This document shows positions 28,526-38,920 of a DNA stretch of 64,000 nt, piece after piece. The stretch covers positions 7,399 to 71,398 of the IMG/VR virus record IMGVR_UViG_3300042473_001546; one strand, 5' to 3'. Source of the stretch: a virus (Duplodnaviria; Caudoviricetes). The number at the start of each line of letters is the position of its first letter. Position 1 is the first letter of the stretch. Below the pieces are notes generated by a model, which ran no database searches, was not told where the DNA came from, and was given only the letters and a program-made list of their open reading frames with translations. Position numbers and translations under genes: made by a program.

Positions 28526-29112
28526 GTTTAGTTGACCGCTTTTTCACAGTCACGCGTCTACGAAAGTGGTTTGGCACAGGATTCACTGCCGGTATCACAA
28601 TTGGACTTATGATTTTTGGAGGTTTAGTACTGCTGGGCTTTGTTGGCATACTGCTCTCTGGACTGGGCTTGGCTGAGGCAGTATTCAGTTGTTTTGTGAT
28701 GTTCCTATTGGGAATGCTGGTATTCATCGGGGTAAATGTCTTTTTAACAAACAAAGATCCACGATGGATGGTTGTGATTATAGGTTATCTAGTGCCCAAG
28801 TCTATGCCAGTTGTGTTGAAAGATTATCAGCGAGACACTTACTATAGCCTTGCATGGCCGGATGATGCTGGCGTTTGGCGCTGCCCAATCTACTACGGCA
28901 CAGGTGTAGGCGATGTGAAACTTAACCCCAATGGCTCTTGTGGTAACGAAAGCTACATCTATTTTTGGCAACCTTTACGAGACAGTGACAGAATGCAATT
29001 CTTCCTCCACAATGAGGATGTGGTGTATTTTGATGATTTGGCTGGCATGGATCGTCAGGACATTAGCAAGCTAGTTAGCAAAATGAGAAAAGAGGCACAA
29101 AATGTTGTTTAG
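28522..29112 (+). CDS. Membrane protein
   Basis: N-terminal TMs; SD AAGGAG. Confidence 0.65.
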   Translation: MSLVDRFFTVTRLRKWFGTGFTAGITIGLMIFGGLVLLGFVGILLSGLGLAEAVFSCFVMFLLGMLVFIGVNVFLTNKDPRWMVVIIGYLVPKSMPVVLKDYQRDTYYSLAWPDDAGVWRCPIYYGTGVGDVKLNPNGSCGNESYIYFWQPLRDSDRMQFFLHNEDVVYFDDLAGMDRQDISKLVSKMRKEAQNVV

Positions 29113-29287
29113 ATTGTTTGAAATCACTTGGGATCATGGGTTCCTTCAAGACAAAGATCTTCCTTGTGAAACCATTGTAGATGCGCTGCGGGACAACGAT
29201 TCAAATCGTTTGAAACTCAAATTGATGGATCAGCTAGATGCTGAGTATAATGGGACGGTAAAAGATTTGAAATGGGAAGAGATTTAA
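29102..29287 (+). CDS. Hypothetical protein
   Basis: SD GAGG, operon packing. Confidence 0.55.
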   Translation: MLFRLFEITWDHGFLQDKDLPCETIVDALRDNDSNRLKLKLMDQLDAEYNGTVKDLKWEEI

Positions 29288-29290
29288 CGT

Positions 29291-29773
29291 ATGGACTTTG
29301 TTGACAAAGCAGCCTTGAATAAGGGCTACACATTTGGAATTGCATCAGATCATGCTGGTGTGGAACTTAAAACACACTTGGTCAATCTGTTGAGAAATCG
29401 TGGACATGAGGTGGTTGATTTTGGTCCAGAAACGGAGGATCGAGTGGACTATCCAGACTATGCCACCAAAGTGTGTGCTGGTGTTTTGGGCGGCCGAGTT
29501 GACAGAGGCATTTTGATTTGTGGCAGTGGCATTGGCATGAGCATAGCAGCCAATCGCCATCAGGGAATTCGCTGTGCACTAGTGCATGATCCAGTGGGCG
29601 CAGAGCTCAGTCGACGTCACAATAACAGCAATGTCATTGCGTTGGGTGCACGGTTACTAGGCCCTGACCAAGCTTCAGCATGTGTGCAGACCTGGCTACA
29701 AACTCCTTTTGACGGCGGGCGGCATCAAGGGCGAATTGACAAGCTAGATCTCCAGGATGGTTTAAATATCTGA
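29291..29773 (+). CDS. rpiB: Ribose-5-phosphate isomerase B
   Basis: SDHAG..LK, DYPD, CGSGIGMSIAANR, HNNSNV.ALGAR, FDGGRH..R. Confidence 0.95.
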   Translation: MDFVDKAALNKGYTFGIASDHAGVELKTHLVNLLRNRGHEVVDFGPETEDRVDYPDYATKVCAGVLGGRVDRGILICGSGIGMSIAANRHQGIRCALVHDPVGAELSRRHNNSNVIALGARLLGPDQASACVQTWLQTPFDGGRHQGRIDKLDLQDGLNI

Positions 29774-29794
29774 GCCCAAATAGGAGCTCATAAT

Positions 29795-30751
29795 ATGATA
29801 TTGGTTACTGGCGGTGCTGGATTTATTGGCTCCAACGTTGTTAAATCCCTGTGCAACAGTGGTTATGATGTGGCTGTGGTTGATCATTTGGGTTCAGACG
29901 GCAAATGGACAAACCTGCGAGACTGTGATCTGTGGAAGTTTTGGCAGCCAGATGAGATCACTCGGGCGTTAGCTGGTGGGCCCAAAGCGGTGATCCATTT
30001 GGGCGCCATCAGTGATACCACAGCCACCAACGGCGATGAGGTGATGAAAAATAATTTTACCTTGAGCTCCAACATTTGGGAATGGTGTTCTCAACATAAT
30101 GTGCCGTTCATCTATGCCAGTTCAGCAGCAACCTATGGTGATGGCAGTGCTGGCTTTGATGACGAATCTAATCTAAGCTCCTTGCGCCCTTTGAATCTTT
30201 ATGGGTGGAGCAAGCATGTTTTTGACCAAAAAGTCTTGAAATGTGTTGAAAATCAAAAGCTCACACCACCCCAATGGGTGGGACTGAAGTTTTTCAATGT
30301 CTATGGTCCACACGAATCTCACAAAAATGCCATGGCCAGTGTATGCTATAGTCAATACAAACAATTGAAACAAGGTAATCCCTTGCGATTGTTCAAGAGC
30401 ACAGTGGCAAATTTGCCCCACGGTGAACAGAGTCGAGACTTTGTGTGGGTAGGCGATGTGGTTGATGTCATCCGTTGGTTTTTAGACAATCCTGACAAGA
30501 GCGGTATTTTCAATGTGGGTACTGGAAGAGCCGAAAGTTTCAACATTGTGGCACATGCTCTATTGAATAATTTGAATTTACCAGATGAAATTCAGTATGT
30601 GGATATGCCACTGTCTTTGCGGGACAAATACCAAAACTTCACGCAAGCCAAAATGTCAAAACTGCGCTCAATTGGTTATACAAGCAGCATGTGCTCAGTG
30701 AGCCAGGGTGTGGCGCAATACGTTGAATGGCTTGAACAAAATCTAGCGTAA
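29795..30751 (+). CDS. hldD: ADP-L-glycero-D-manno-heptose 6-epimerase
   Basis: VTGGAGFIGSN, HLGAISDTT, YASSAATYG, PLNLYGWSK, FFNVYGPHE.HK, RDF, YQNFTQA. Confidence 0.93.
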   Translation: MILVTGGAGFIGSNVVKSLCNSGYDVAVVDHLGSDGKWTNLRDCDLWKFWQPDEITRALAGGPKAVIHLGAISDTTATNGDEVMKNNFTLSSNIWEWCSQHNVPFIYASSAATYGDGSAGFDDESNLSSLRPLNLYGWSKHVFDQKVLKCVENQKLTPPQWVGLKFFNVYGPHESHKNAMASVCYSQYKQLKQGNPLRLFKSTVANLPHGEQSRDFVWVGDVVDVIRWFLDNPDKSGIFNVGTGRAESFNIVAHALLNNLNLPDEIQYVDMPLSLRDKYQNFTQAKMSKLRSIGYTSSMCSVSQGVAQYVEWLEQNLA

Positions 30752-31162
30752 CCAGCCTATTTTGGCGCCACTGCTGACTCTAGACTCATACTCTTGAACA
30801 CTACCAGGATAGCGCCATGCCCAAACCGCACCTGCTGCCATCAGCAGTGCAACTCCACCACATATCCAAAAGTTACCAGTTGTAAACCAAAGAGTGATAA
30901 GGCTAATGTCCATGGTGATAACCATTGCCCATTTGCCTTTTGTTGGAAAAACTCGCTTATTGGTCCAATTTTGCAGGAATGGGCCAAAAAACTTGTGGTT
31001 CATGAGCCAGTTGTGCCAGCGATCATTTGATTTGGCGAAACAATAGGCAGCGCCAACTGACGGTGTGCTCCAAGGAATGCCTGGGAGAATGATGCCCAAA
31101 TAGGCCACTCCTAGTAACAGCAATCCCAACATAAACCAAAGTGTTTTGCGCCAATTTTTCAT
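30743..31162 (-). CDS. YbaN/DUF454 inner-membrane protein
   Basis: LGIILPGIP.S.P......CFAKS..R.H.WL..H..FGP. Confidence 0.8.
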   Translation of the reverse strand: MKNWRKTLWFMLGLLLLGVAYLGIILPGIPWSTPSVGAAYCFAKSNDRWHNWLMNHKFFGPFLQNWTNKRVFPTKGKWAMVITMDISLITLWFTTGNFWICGGVALLMAAGAVWAWRYPGSVQEYESRVSSGAKIGWLR

Positions 31163-31210
31163 CAACTATTTAAGGGTAATAAATACACAAGCAAAATAAG
31201 GAACTACATC

Positions 31211-32758
31211 ATGTCTGAAAGTAAGCCAATTGATTCAAAATTACGCAACTTGCATTTGGCTATGCAATACGACGATGAGGGTTATCCAGAACTGCGTGTT
31301 GGGGCAAGAATTGTAAGCCCTGATCCCCTACCAGTAACGTTGGGTAGTGAATCCATTACCATAACAGGAGATGTGAATGTAAGCTCAAGTGTGGGCATCA
31401 ACAACACTGAGGAAGATGCTGCTAACATGCACATTGCATCAGTTGGTACCAGCGGGGTACTCACTACTGATTATTTGCCAGTTGGTGGAACAGTAGAGGC
31501 AACACAAGGCACAAATCCATGGATAGTGAGTGGCTCAGTTACAGCTTTGGACGATCCCACAGCAACAGACGCCTTTGGCCGCAAACGAGTCAGTAACCCT
31601 TTCACATTGTTTGACAGCAGTTTTCGCTATAGTGACAATCCCACCAAATGGAATAGCAGCACATCAGGCACCACAAGCGAAACATTTTTACCAAATGAGT
31701 CAAGTATTGGATTGGCTGTTGGTGGCGCGAACGGAGACAGCATTATTCGAGAAACAAAGCGAGTGTTCAATTATCAGCCAGGCAAGAGTCTCTTGATTAT
31801 GAGCACTTTTGTGATGAACGCTGGTAAGCCCAATTTGCGTCAACGGGTGGGATATTTTGGTGCACAAAATGGCATCTACTTTGAACTTGAAGGAACAACA
31901 AAAAACCTTGTGATCAGAAAGTACATCTCTGGCGTAGTGGATGATACTACAGAAAAAGTACCACAAGGAAACTGGAACGGAGACCGTCTCAATGGACTTA
32001 GTGGATTACACAATCCAAGTGGATTTGATTTGGATCCCAGCACATCACAAATTTTCTGGATGGATGTCGAATGGCTGGGTGTTGGATCAGTGAGATGTGG
32101 CTTTGTGATAAATGGCAAATTCATTGTATGTCACACTTTTGATCATGCCAACAGCTTTACCTCTGTTTATATGACCACAGCCAGCTTGCCTTTGCGCTAT
32201 GAGATTACCAACACTGGCATTACAGGCGGTGCCAGCTCTATGAAACAGATATGTTCCACAGTAATCTCTGAAGGTGGTTATGCAGCCACCAGCAGAAGCA
32301 GGAGTGCAAGCACGACGCTGGAAGGTCCACAAGTGAGTCAAACCAATTGGACACCATTGGTGAGCATTAGATTGAAGTCAGCTCGATTGGATGGCATTGT
32401 TTTCCCGGCTAGATTGGACGTGTTTGGACGCCAAAGCAATCCCTACAAATGGGGCGTGTTTGTGGGCGGCACTTTGTCCAACAACAGCACCTTAACTTGG
32501 GTTGATGCAGGATCAGACAGTTCAGTTGAATACAATCTCAATGCAACTGCCATAACAGGAGGAACACTTATTGATCAAGGTATCTTTGTTGGCAACGCCA
32601 TTGGTGGTCCTGTGTCTGCCACTCCGGTAGGCCAAAGCCAAGATGTTCAGTTGGGACGCTTGTTGAACGGAACTGCTGAAACACTCACAGTAGCTGCTAT
32701 TGCCACCAACAACAATGACACGGCTGTTTGCAGCCTTGTTTGGCAGGAGTTCGGCTGA
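31211..32758 (+). CDS. Probable virion structural protein
   Basis: DAFGR.RVS.P.TLFDS, YQPGKS, EWLGVGSVR, LPLRYEI; TAAATA at 31180. Confidence 0.7.
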   Translation: MSESKPIDSKLRNLHLAMQYDDEGYPELRVGARIVSPDPLPVTLGSESITITGDVNVSSSVGINNTEEDAANMHIASVGTSGVLTTDYLPVGGTVEATQGTNPWIVSGSVTALDDPTATDAFGRKRVSNPFTLFDSSFRYSDNPTKWNSSTSGTTSETFLPNESSIGLAVGGANGDSIIRETKRVFNYQPGKSLLIMSTFVMNAGKPNLRQRVGYFGAQNGIYFELEGTTKNLVIRKYISGVVDDTTEKVPQGNWNGDRLNGLSGLHNPSGFDLDPSTSQIFWMDVEWLGVGSVRCGFVINGKFIVCHTFDHANSFTSVYMTTASLPLRYEITNTGITGGASSMKQICSTVISEGGYAATSRSRSASTTLEGPQVSQTNWTPLVSIRLKSARLDGIVFPARLDVFGRQSNPYKWGVFVGGTLSNNSTLTWVDAGSDSSVEYNLNATAITGGTLIDQGIFVGNAIGGPVSATPVGQSQDVQLGRLLNGTAETLTVAAIATNNNDTAVCSLVWQEFG

Positions 32759-33348
32759 TGCTTTCTTTTGGTATCCCCTATGTGTTGTTTTGCAGCGTCA
32801 TGTGGCGGCTTAGAGGAGGTGCATGGTCTACTCTATTACACATTCACATGGGCACAACCGTTACTCGTTTTGTAAGTGCATTTTTGATCAGCTTGCCTTT
32901 GGCTTGGTGGTTTGCAAATTGGTACATAGTCCCTGGAGTTACATTTGGACTTTGGTTTGGCTTGGTGCTAGGTGGATATGGGCCATTCATGGGCATGGGA
33001 GATCATGCCGTTATCCCTGCCAAAACTTGGATCAACTTTTTTCCAAAACTGTTGGGGTTACAGCCCTACAGTGTGGCTTGGGACTTTGCAGGCATGTGGT
33101 TTTCAGGAGTTCTCATCTACAGTTGGGTCGTTTTGATAGCAGTTGCCTCAAGTGGAACACTCTTGTTACTAGCTCTGATTCCCATCTCAGGATTAGTTTT
33201 TGCCGGCAGTTATTACTTAATGAGCCACATACCGGACAGTGAGTTTCCTATCATTCCAGGATTCACCGCCCCAGAGCATGAAGTTTTTGGTGAATTGTGT
33301 GCCGGATTTTGGACAGGCGTGCTGTTGTTTTTGTGCGCAAACCTTTAA
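32758..33348 (+). CDS. Multi-pass membrane protein
   Basis: Highly hydrophobic; WRLRGG; TGATG overlap. Confidence 0.65.
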   Translation: MLSFGIPYVLFCSVMWRLRGGAWSTLLHIHMGTTVTRFVSAFLISLPLAWWFANWYIVPGVTFGLWFGLVLGGYGPFMGMGDHAVIPAKTWINFFPKLLGLQPYSVAWDFAGMWFSGVLIYSWVVLIAVASSGTLLLLALIPISGLVFAGSYYLMSHIPDSEFPIIPGFTAPEHEVFGELCAGFWTGVLLFLCANL

Positions 33349-33445
33349 AGAAGTTGACGCATCAAACCTAAACAATTATTATCATTTGTATTGTATTTTG
33401 AAGTTATGCGTAAAAATATCTTCAAAAGATTAGGATCTAGTGATA

Positions 33446-34222
33446 ATGACAGAATTAGTTTTAGGCGCAGCCTATGGATATTCAGCAGAACAAGTCAAGC
33501 CCTTTGTAACAACATTGCGCCGCTATTACACCGGCAAAATAGCTTTTTTAGTATCTGTGGATCTGGATCCCACTCTTGTAGAGCTTTGTCAAGAATCTGG
33601 TATTGATTTTTTTATTGTTGACGGAGATCAAAGCAATCCTATTCACATGCAGTGGGCTAGGTTTTTTCATTATGAAAATATTTTGAGCCATCCGTTTTTC
33701 ACCAATACTACTAGAGTGTTACTAACAGACATACGCGACGTTATCTTTCAAGCCCATCCTTTTAGCCTGCCTATGACTACTGATTTTGAATTCTTTACTG
33801 AACCAGAAACAATCAAAAATAGCTTTGTCAACAGAGGGTGGTTGCAGGAACGTTATGGCGTAGCTGAGACCTATGCTTGGGAGAACAAAAACATCATTTG
33901 TTCTGGAACCATCCGAACCACTATGGCTGGTGCACAAGTGGTGGTGCGAAACATGATTATGGAAAGTGAAAAGCTGCAAGCTACTGGACGCAGTCCTTTG
34001 GATCAGCCCATGCTAAATTATTTGGTCTACAGCGGGGCTTTTTTCAATTACAGAGTTTTTGATAACGGAGAGGGGGCTGTAGACACATTGCATTTTGCCA
34101 AAGAGTTAAAATTTTCCCCCTCTGGTGTTCTCTTGAACAAAAACAATCAACCTGTGCCTATTATTCATCAGTGGGATCGAACTCAAGCACTAGTTCCAGT
34201 GTTTGAAAAAATATTTGCATAA
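33446..34222 (+). CDS. Glycosyltransferase-like (GT-A) protein
   Basis: LLTDIRDVIFQ.HPF, ICSGT, DQ..LNY, IIHQWDR. Confidence 0.7.
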   Translation: MTELVLGAAYGYSAEQVKPFVTTLRRYYTGKIAFLVSVDLDPTLVELCQESGIDFFIVDGDQSNPIHMQWARFFHYENILSHPFFTNTTRVLLTDIRDVIFQAHPFSLPMTTDFEFFTEPETIKNSFVNRGWLQERYGVAETYAWENKNIICSGTIRTTMAGAQVVVRNMIMESEKLQATGRSPLDQPMLNYLVYSGAFFNYRVFDNGEGAVDTLHFAKELKFSPSGVLLNKNNQPVPIIHQWDRTQALVPVFEKIFA

Positions 34223-34320
34223 ATGTCTTTCTGGATAACAAGGACTATCCTATCCTGAGAATGCTTGTTCAAAACTCCCGCACACTCATGTGAGTGCCAC
34301 GTCAACATCAGCAGTCCATC

Positions 34321-34470
34321 ACCATAGTGGGTGCTCCTACTGCATCAGCTGTCACATATCGTAGCGGCACCCGATTTGGTCCCAGCAGTATTAGAGATGC
34401 CAGCGTGATGTAACCAATGGAGTGCATGAGAAATTTCCAGTTGACATTTCTCAGTTTTGCTGGAGATATA
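34321..34470 (+). pseudogene. Agmatinase/arginase-family N-terminal remnant
   Basis: TIVGAPTASAVTYRSGTRFGPSSIRDASVM* resembles the G.P......R.G.RFGP..IR.AS motif, followed by a stop/frameshift. Confidence 0.6.
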
Positions 34471-34519
34471 ATATCTTATACATAACCTGTTAAATACCGC
34501 ATAGCAAGGATATGACACT

Positions 34520-35815
34520 ATGCGAATCACAGAAATAGCAAGCCAAAGCGCATCTGGTGGTTGGGAAAAATTGGACCCATACCGTTTACCTAGTATTCTT
34601 TTGGCTCAAATACCTCAATATTATAGAGGCAGTCACAATATTTGGGCATTAAATCCAACTAAGTTCGAAACTCCTTTGATGGCAATTGGTGATTTTGGTA
34701 TTTGGGAACCCATCATAAATGACAAGTATTTCAGCAAAGAGTTTGTTGCAGCAATGCTGACCAACTTAGTGAATTTTACTGGTAAGCAACAATTCTCTAC
34801 ACGAAGTGGATATGTTTGGAGGAATCCAGAAGTTCTGCCATTTTTCGATGCATTTTCATTTCCAAAAATCGCACCCGCTGATGGCGCCAATTTTTGGTAT
34901 GAGGTGCCGTTGGCTCAAGAAATATTTGGCTACGAGTATCAAAATCAACGCTCTGTTGCAGACAAGTGTTACGCAATTTTACCAAACAAGGCGTTCAACT
35001 CAGCAGATGATTTGCACACCCAATTTTTCAACACCTACCGGGTGTTCACAAAAGGCACAAAAGTTATTAGCATCTCAGGTAATGTGGGAAGATCTTCATT
35101 GCAGAACCTGGTAGACGCAGTGGGCCTCACTGACAGCAGTGGAGCGCATGGCAGCACTTGGATAGTGCGTAACGGTAAGGTTGAAGACTTATACCAAGTT
35201 GCCTTCACAGATCCTGATGGCACATTGAGTGATGGAACCAAACTCTGGAAATTACCCAGCTATGTAATACCAGCATTGAGCACAATCCAATTTGAAAAAA
35301 CTTGGAAAACAGCAGACAGTGCCTTTTTGGCGCTTTTGCCCAAAAGCACAGGTACAGAACTCAACAACACTATACTGGTGGCAATCCGCAAGGGAAATAT
35401 TTTGGGGATGGCTAGAGGGCACTATGCACAAGCCACTGAACCAGAATTGGCTCATCTGGCCTCGTTATTAGCTAATGAAAAAGGCGTTGGTGCTAGCAAG
35501 GATAAATTTGTCAAGCCCAATAGCAATTTTCACAACATGTTGAAATATGTTGACGCCAACCCAGGAAGTCCCCGCACAGGATATTTTGTAAAAGGTTTGG
35601 GCCGGTCTGCACAAGGCCTCCCAGCAGCCAACAGCCCACAAAGCCTTGATGGATTGGCAGCACGTTTGGAGCTTTTGACCTTGAAAGACCCAGGCGATAA
35701 ACCCACAACATATCATCTACGGCTGACCTCAGAAGGTGAACTTATGTTGGACTGGCTGGACGCCGGTAGGAAAATCAATCTTACTGACATTGCCAGGAAA
35801 GTTTCCAGTAGTTAA
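34520..35815 (+). CDS. Hypothetical protein with MRIxE N-terminal motif
   Basis: MRITEI; TAAATA at 34491. Confidence 0.7.
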   Translation: MRITEIASQSASGGWEKLDPYRLPSILLAQIPQYYRGSHNIWALNPTKFETPLMAIGDFGIWEPIINDKYFSKEFVAAMLTNLVNFTGKQQFSTRSGYVWRNPEVLPFFDAFSFPKIAPADGANFWYEVPLAQEIFGYEYQNQRSVADKCYAILPNKAFNSADDLHTQFFNTYRVFTKGTKVISISGNVGRSSLQNLVDAVGLTDSSGAHGSTWIVRNGKVEDLYQVAFTDPDGTLSDGTKLWKLPSYVIPALSTIQFEKTWKTADSAFLALLPKSTGTELNNTILVAIRKGNILGMARGHYAQATEPELAHLASLLANEKGVGASKDKFVKPNSNFHNMLKYVDANPGSPRTGYFVKGLGRSAQGLPAANSPQSLDGLAARLELLTLKDPGDKPTTYHLRLTSEGELMLDWLDAGRKINLTDIARKVSSS

Positions 35816-35865
35816 AACATTTGTTTGGGCATATAATGCTCTACAGACCATGAAAGGAACTGTCT

Positions 35866-36054
35866 ATGAAACAATTTTGGGCTGTTGGTGGGGTATTCAC
35901 TGATCACAAATTCACAGAGTTGGAACCCAATACCGGAGAGTGCTATGGGCCATTCTCAACACGTGAAGAGGCAGAAAGGATTGCAGCAGAAAAAGTACGC
36001 AAGAACATCGACATCTGTTGGTACAACTTGTTTGTAACTGAAACTTGCAAATAG
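35866..36054 (+). CDS. DUF4170-like small protein
   Basis: WAVGG.FTD..F.......YGPF....EA; SD AAGGA. Confidence 0.6.
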   Translation: MKQFWAVGGVFTDHKFTELEPNTGECYGPFSTREEAERIAAEKVRKNIDICWYNLFVTETCK

Positions 36055-36059
36055 CCACA

Positions 36060-36089
36060 AAAAAAGCCCCGGAAATTCCGGGGCTTTTT
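36060..36089. terminator. Bidirectional intrinsic terminator
   Basis: AAAAAAGCCCCGG-AAATT-CCGGGGCTTTTT. Confidence 0.85.
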
Positions 36090-36110
36090 CATTTACGAAG
36101 TTCTGTTGTA

Positions 36111-36602
36111 TCAGAACTTGTAGGCTGCACCAACAGTGACCATGTTTGCACCCTTGCGTCCATTCACGCTTTCAAAAGCAGCGAAGTGACGATAACGCAG
36201 GTCAAGATCAATGTTCTGGGAAACAGCAACACGAGCGCCAGCACCCACATTGTAGAGCGCAACACTGGTGTTACCATTGGTGGTATTCAGTCGGTTCATG
36301 CCCACACCTGCACCAAGCAGTGCATATGGGGTCACAATCGTGCCAGTTGGAATGCTGAGAACAGCATTAGCCATCAGGGCTTGGCCGTTACCGTTCTTGT
36401 ACCAGATCTGGTCAAAAGTGCCTTCAGTCCGCACAAAGCGATTGTATTGGTAACCAACAACAGCACCAGCAGAGACCTTGCTGGAGTCTTGTAGCACAGT
36501 GCCAACGTTGGCACCCACATACATACCGCGATCATTGGTTTGTGCTTCTGCAACACCAACAAGACCCAGTGCCATTACAGCGGCGAGAATTAGCTTTTTC
36601 AT
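36111..36602 (-). CDS. Outer-membrane 8-stranded beta-barrel (Omp25/OmpA-TM-like)
   Basis: Signal peptide MKKLILAA..AEA, G.YVG...G, PY...GAG, DLRYR, C-terminal YKF. Confidence 0.85.
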   Translation of the reverse strand: MKKLILAAVMALGLVGVAEAQTNDRGMYVGANVGTVLQDSSKVSAGAVVGYQYNRFVRTEGTFDQIWYKNGNGQALMANAVLSIPTGTIVTPYALLGAGVGMNRLNTTNGNTSVALYNVGAGARVAVSQNIDLDLRYRHFAAFESVNGRKGANMVTVGAAYKF

Positions 36603-36800
36603 ATGAATATTCCTTCATTTTCAAGCAAGTCAGTGACATCACTGCTCTTTGCCCTATCAGCTTACGGGCTGCTGTTTTGTGTGTCTACCAACTTGCGGAA
36701 TTTGCTGATAAACATATGTTACTGAGCATTGCAGCAAAAGTCAAACCTTGCACTTGACACAGGGGCTAATGCGTATATCTTTGGTGTGAAGGAGATCACT

Positions 36801-37139
36801 ATGGGCATTTCAACACATGTTTACGCCATCTTGGGTGTGAAAATTCCCTGGGACGAGGAGTTCTGTGATGCACATGAGCTAGTGTATGATGATGACGATG
36901 TTCCTGATTTGATTTTTGATGGCATGAGTGGCGAGTATATTGTGCTGGGAAAAATCTTGTTCGACAGTGGAGATTTTCGCTGGGGCTTCGAAAAGGGGGA
37001 CATTTGGAAAACCGTTGACAACAGCAGGTTTGCAGAAATTGAACGAAACTATCGAGAAGAATTCTCTCGCAAGTTTCCTCAGTTCATGCACCTACTCAAC
37101 CAGCCGTTTGAGCTGCATGTGTTTTTGCACTGGAGTTGA
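36801..37139 (+). CDS. Hypothetical protein
   Basis: SD AAGGAG; TTGACA at 36754. Confidence 0.7.
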   Translation: MGISTHVYAILGVKIPWDEEFCDAHELVYDDDDVPDLIFDGMSGEYIVLGKILFDSGDFRWGFEKGDIWKTVDNSRFAEIERNYREEFSRKFPQFMHLLNQPFELHVFLHWS

Positions 37140-37402
37140 TGATTTTGTATTATCACAAAGAGTTTAGGCGAAATGGCTACTGTACTCAACTGCGTGTAAG
37201 TGATAGCTACTATGACCGCATTTGCGTGTGGTGTAATGATCGATTTGGTGACAAGTATGCGTGTCGCTATCACACCTGGGACCAGTTGGGCGAGTGGCAA
37301 CTCTACACACGAAGTGACTTTGCAGAGTTTTCACTTATGTGGGGAGGTGTTGGTACACCTCATACACCCATTGGTGACATCAATTTCTACGGCACACTAT
37401 AA
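37136..37402 (+). CDS. Hypothetical protein
   Basis: Operon packing. Confidence 0.5.
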   Translation: MMILYYHKEFRRNGYCTQLRVSDSYYDRICVWCNDRFGDKYACRYHTWDQLGEWQLYTRSDFAEFSLMWGGVGTPHTPIGDINFYGTL

Positions 37403-37423
37403 GATTTTGAAGGAGCTCACACA

Positions 37424-37627
37424 ATGACACGCTATCATCTTTTCAAAGGCACTCGAGGTTATGCAGGGCATGCCTATTGTGGCCCCAGCAATGATGGTCA
37501 ACCAGCCCAGGCTGACACACTGGAAGAGGCACTAGATATTCGTGCTCGCTTGATGGTTCGTAATCCTGGAGTGGGCTGGGGGATTCATGACCTAGAGGTA
37601 GGCAGTGACGTTCCGCTATCACGCTGA
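37424..37627 (+). CDS. Hypothetical protein (paralog of 43552-43767)
   Basis: RYHLFKGTRGY.GHAY.GPS. Confidence 0.75.
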   Translation: MTRYHLFKGTRGYAGHAYCGPSNDGQPAQADTLEEALDIRARLMVRNPGVGWGIHDLEVGSDVPLSR

Positions 37628-37695
37628 AAGATCAGTTGATGTAGTTCACAAAGTTGCTGTAAGTTATCTATACCTAGGACAAGGTCTCTGAAATC

Positions 37696-37989
37696 ATGCG
37701 TATGCCTCGTGAGCTGGATAATTTGTATCCTGATGTGCCTGATCACTTTGAAGACGTTTGGTTTGGTGATTGGTCTGACTATGACGAATACAGTCATCTC
37801 ATTATTGTGCGAGACCTTAAAACCAAGCAGTACTACCGACAAACGTGGAATTACAATGATATGGTGGAATCCAATCTCAATCCCATGACATGGAATCCAG
37901 CTGCAATAAGTGAAAGAGAGGCAATCCACGATCTATTGGATTGGAATGCAATTGGTGTGCCTCAGAAAGTTGCCTTTCAAGGTTGGTGA
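37696..37989 (+). CDS. Hypothetical protein (paralog of 44615-44905)
   Basis: PRELD.LY..VPDHF...FQGW. Confidence 0.75.
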   Translation: MRMPRELDNLYPDVPDHFEDVWFGDWSDYDEYSHLIIVRDLKTKQYYRQTWNYNDMVESNLNPMTWNPAAISEREAIHDLLDWNAIGVPQKVAFQGW

Positions 37990-38116
37990 TCAAGAAAAAG
38001 TCTTGAGTTGGTGAGAGAAGTAAGCTTCTGATATTTTGTTATCAGAAGGTGAATTCTTTTGATCAAAATCAGAGCTTATTGACACATTTGACTGTCAACC
38101 AGCATAATAAAAATAA

Positions 38117-38482
38117 ATGAATCAGACCATGAACAATAGTGAACTAGCAGAAAGTCTTACCGCACATATTCAAAATATGTTGGATCTTACCTCACAGTTG
38201 AATGACACAATTGAACAAGAAAATCAACTGCATAGTGAGCTCACTAGGATTGGTAGACTGAAATCGCAATTACAAAAAGAGATCAAAGAAGCGAAAAAGC
38301 TCTTGGATTGGTGTATTGAAACCAGAAGTGATCCCACACAAGCTCGCTTGAGCAACAGTGATGAAGAGCTCAAAAACAAAATGCAACCCAGTGGGTCACG
38401 GCAATTTCTCACTGAGCAAACTAAAAATTATATTGATGTCCTAACACAAATAGGAATCAACACAAAAAATTTCACAGGATAA
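38117..38482 (+). CDS. Coiled-coil protein (tandem paralog 1)
   Basis: LLDWCIETRSDPTQARL. Confidence 0.65.
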   Translation: MNQTMNNSELAESLTAHIQNMLDLTSQLNDTIEQENQLHSELTRIGRLKSQLQKEIKEAKKLLDWCIETRSDPTQARLSNSDEELKNKMQPSGSRQFLTEQTKNYIDVLTQIGINTKNFTG

Positions 38483-38485
38483 GTC

Positions 38486-38920
38486 ATGAGCACATTTAAT
38501 CAACTCACGCGGAGCTATCGACAACACAAAAAAACTGCGACTAAAATCCAAAGGCAAATACAACTCTTGCAAGAAAAAGTTCAGAAGTTGCGTGGTCAGG
38601 AAAACGATATCAAACGAGATCTTAGACTAACCAAAAGTCTCATTGACTATTGCGTTGAAACTGGTGAAAGTCCTGTGGAGGCACAATTGAAAAACACGCC
38701 TGCTGAAATAGTTGAGTATGTTGGCAAACTGCATCTTGACCTCACTTACGGGCATGACATGTTTTCCAGCAGTGGGTCAACTTACAATATCACATCACCA
38801 ACAATGTTGTCAGGCAGTCTATCCAGCAACAGCATCAGTATTACACCTTACCTTGGCACATCAACCATAAGCAGTAGTGGTATTTCCACTGCAATAAATG
38901 GGTCTATTACCACCGTATGA
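38486..38920 (+). CDS. Coiled-coil protein (tandem paralog 2)
   Basis: LIDYCVETGESPVEAQL; Ser/Thr-rich tail. Confidence 0.65.
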   Translation: MSTFNQLTRSYRQHKKTATKIQRQIQLLQEKVQKLRGQENDIKRDLRLTKSLIDYCVETGESPVEAQLKNTPAEIVEYVGKLHLDLTYGHDMFSSSGSTYNITSPTMLSGSLSSNSISITPYLGTSTISSSGISTAINGSITTV

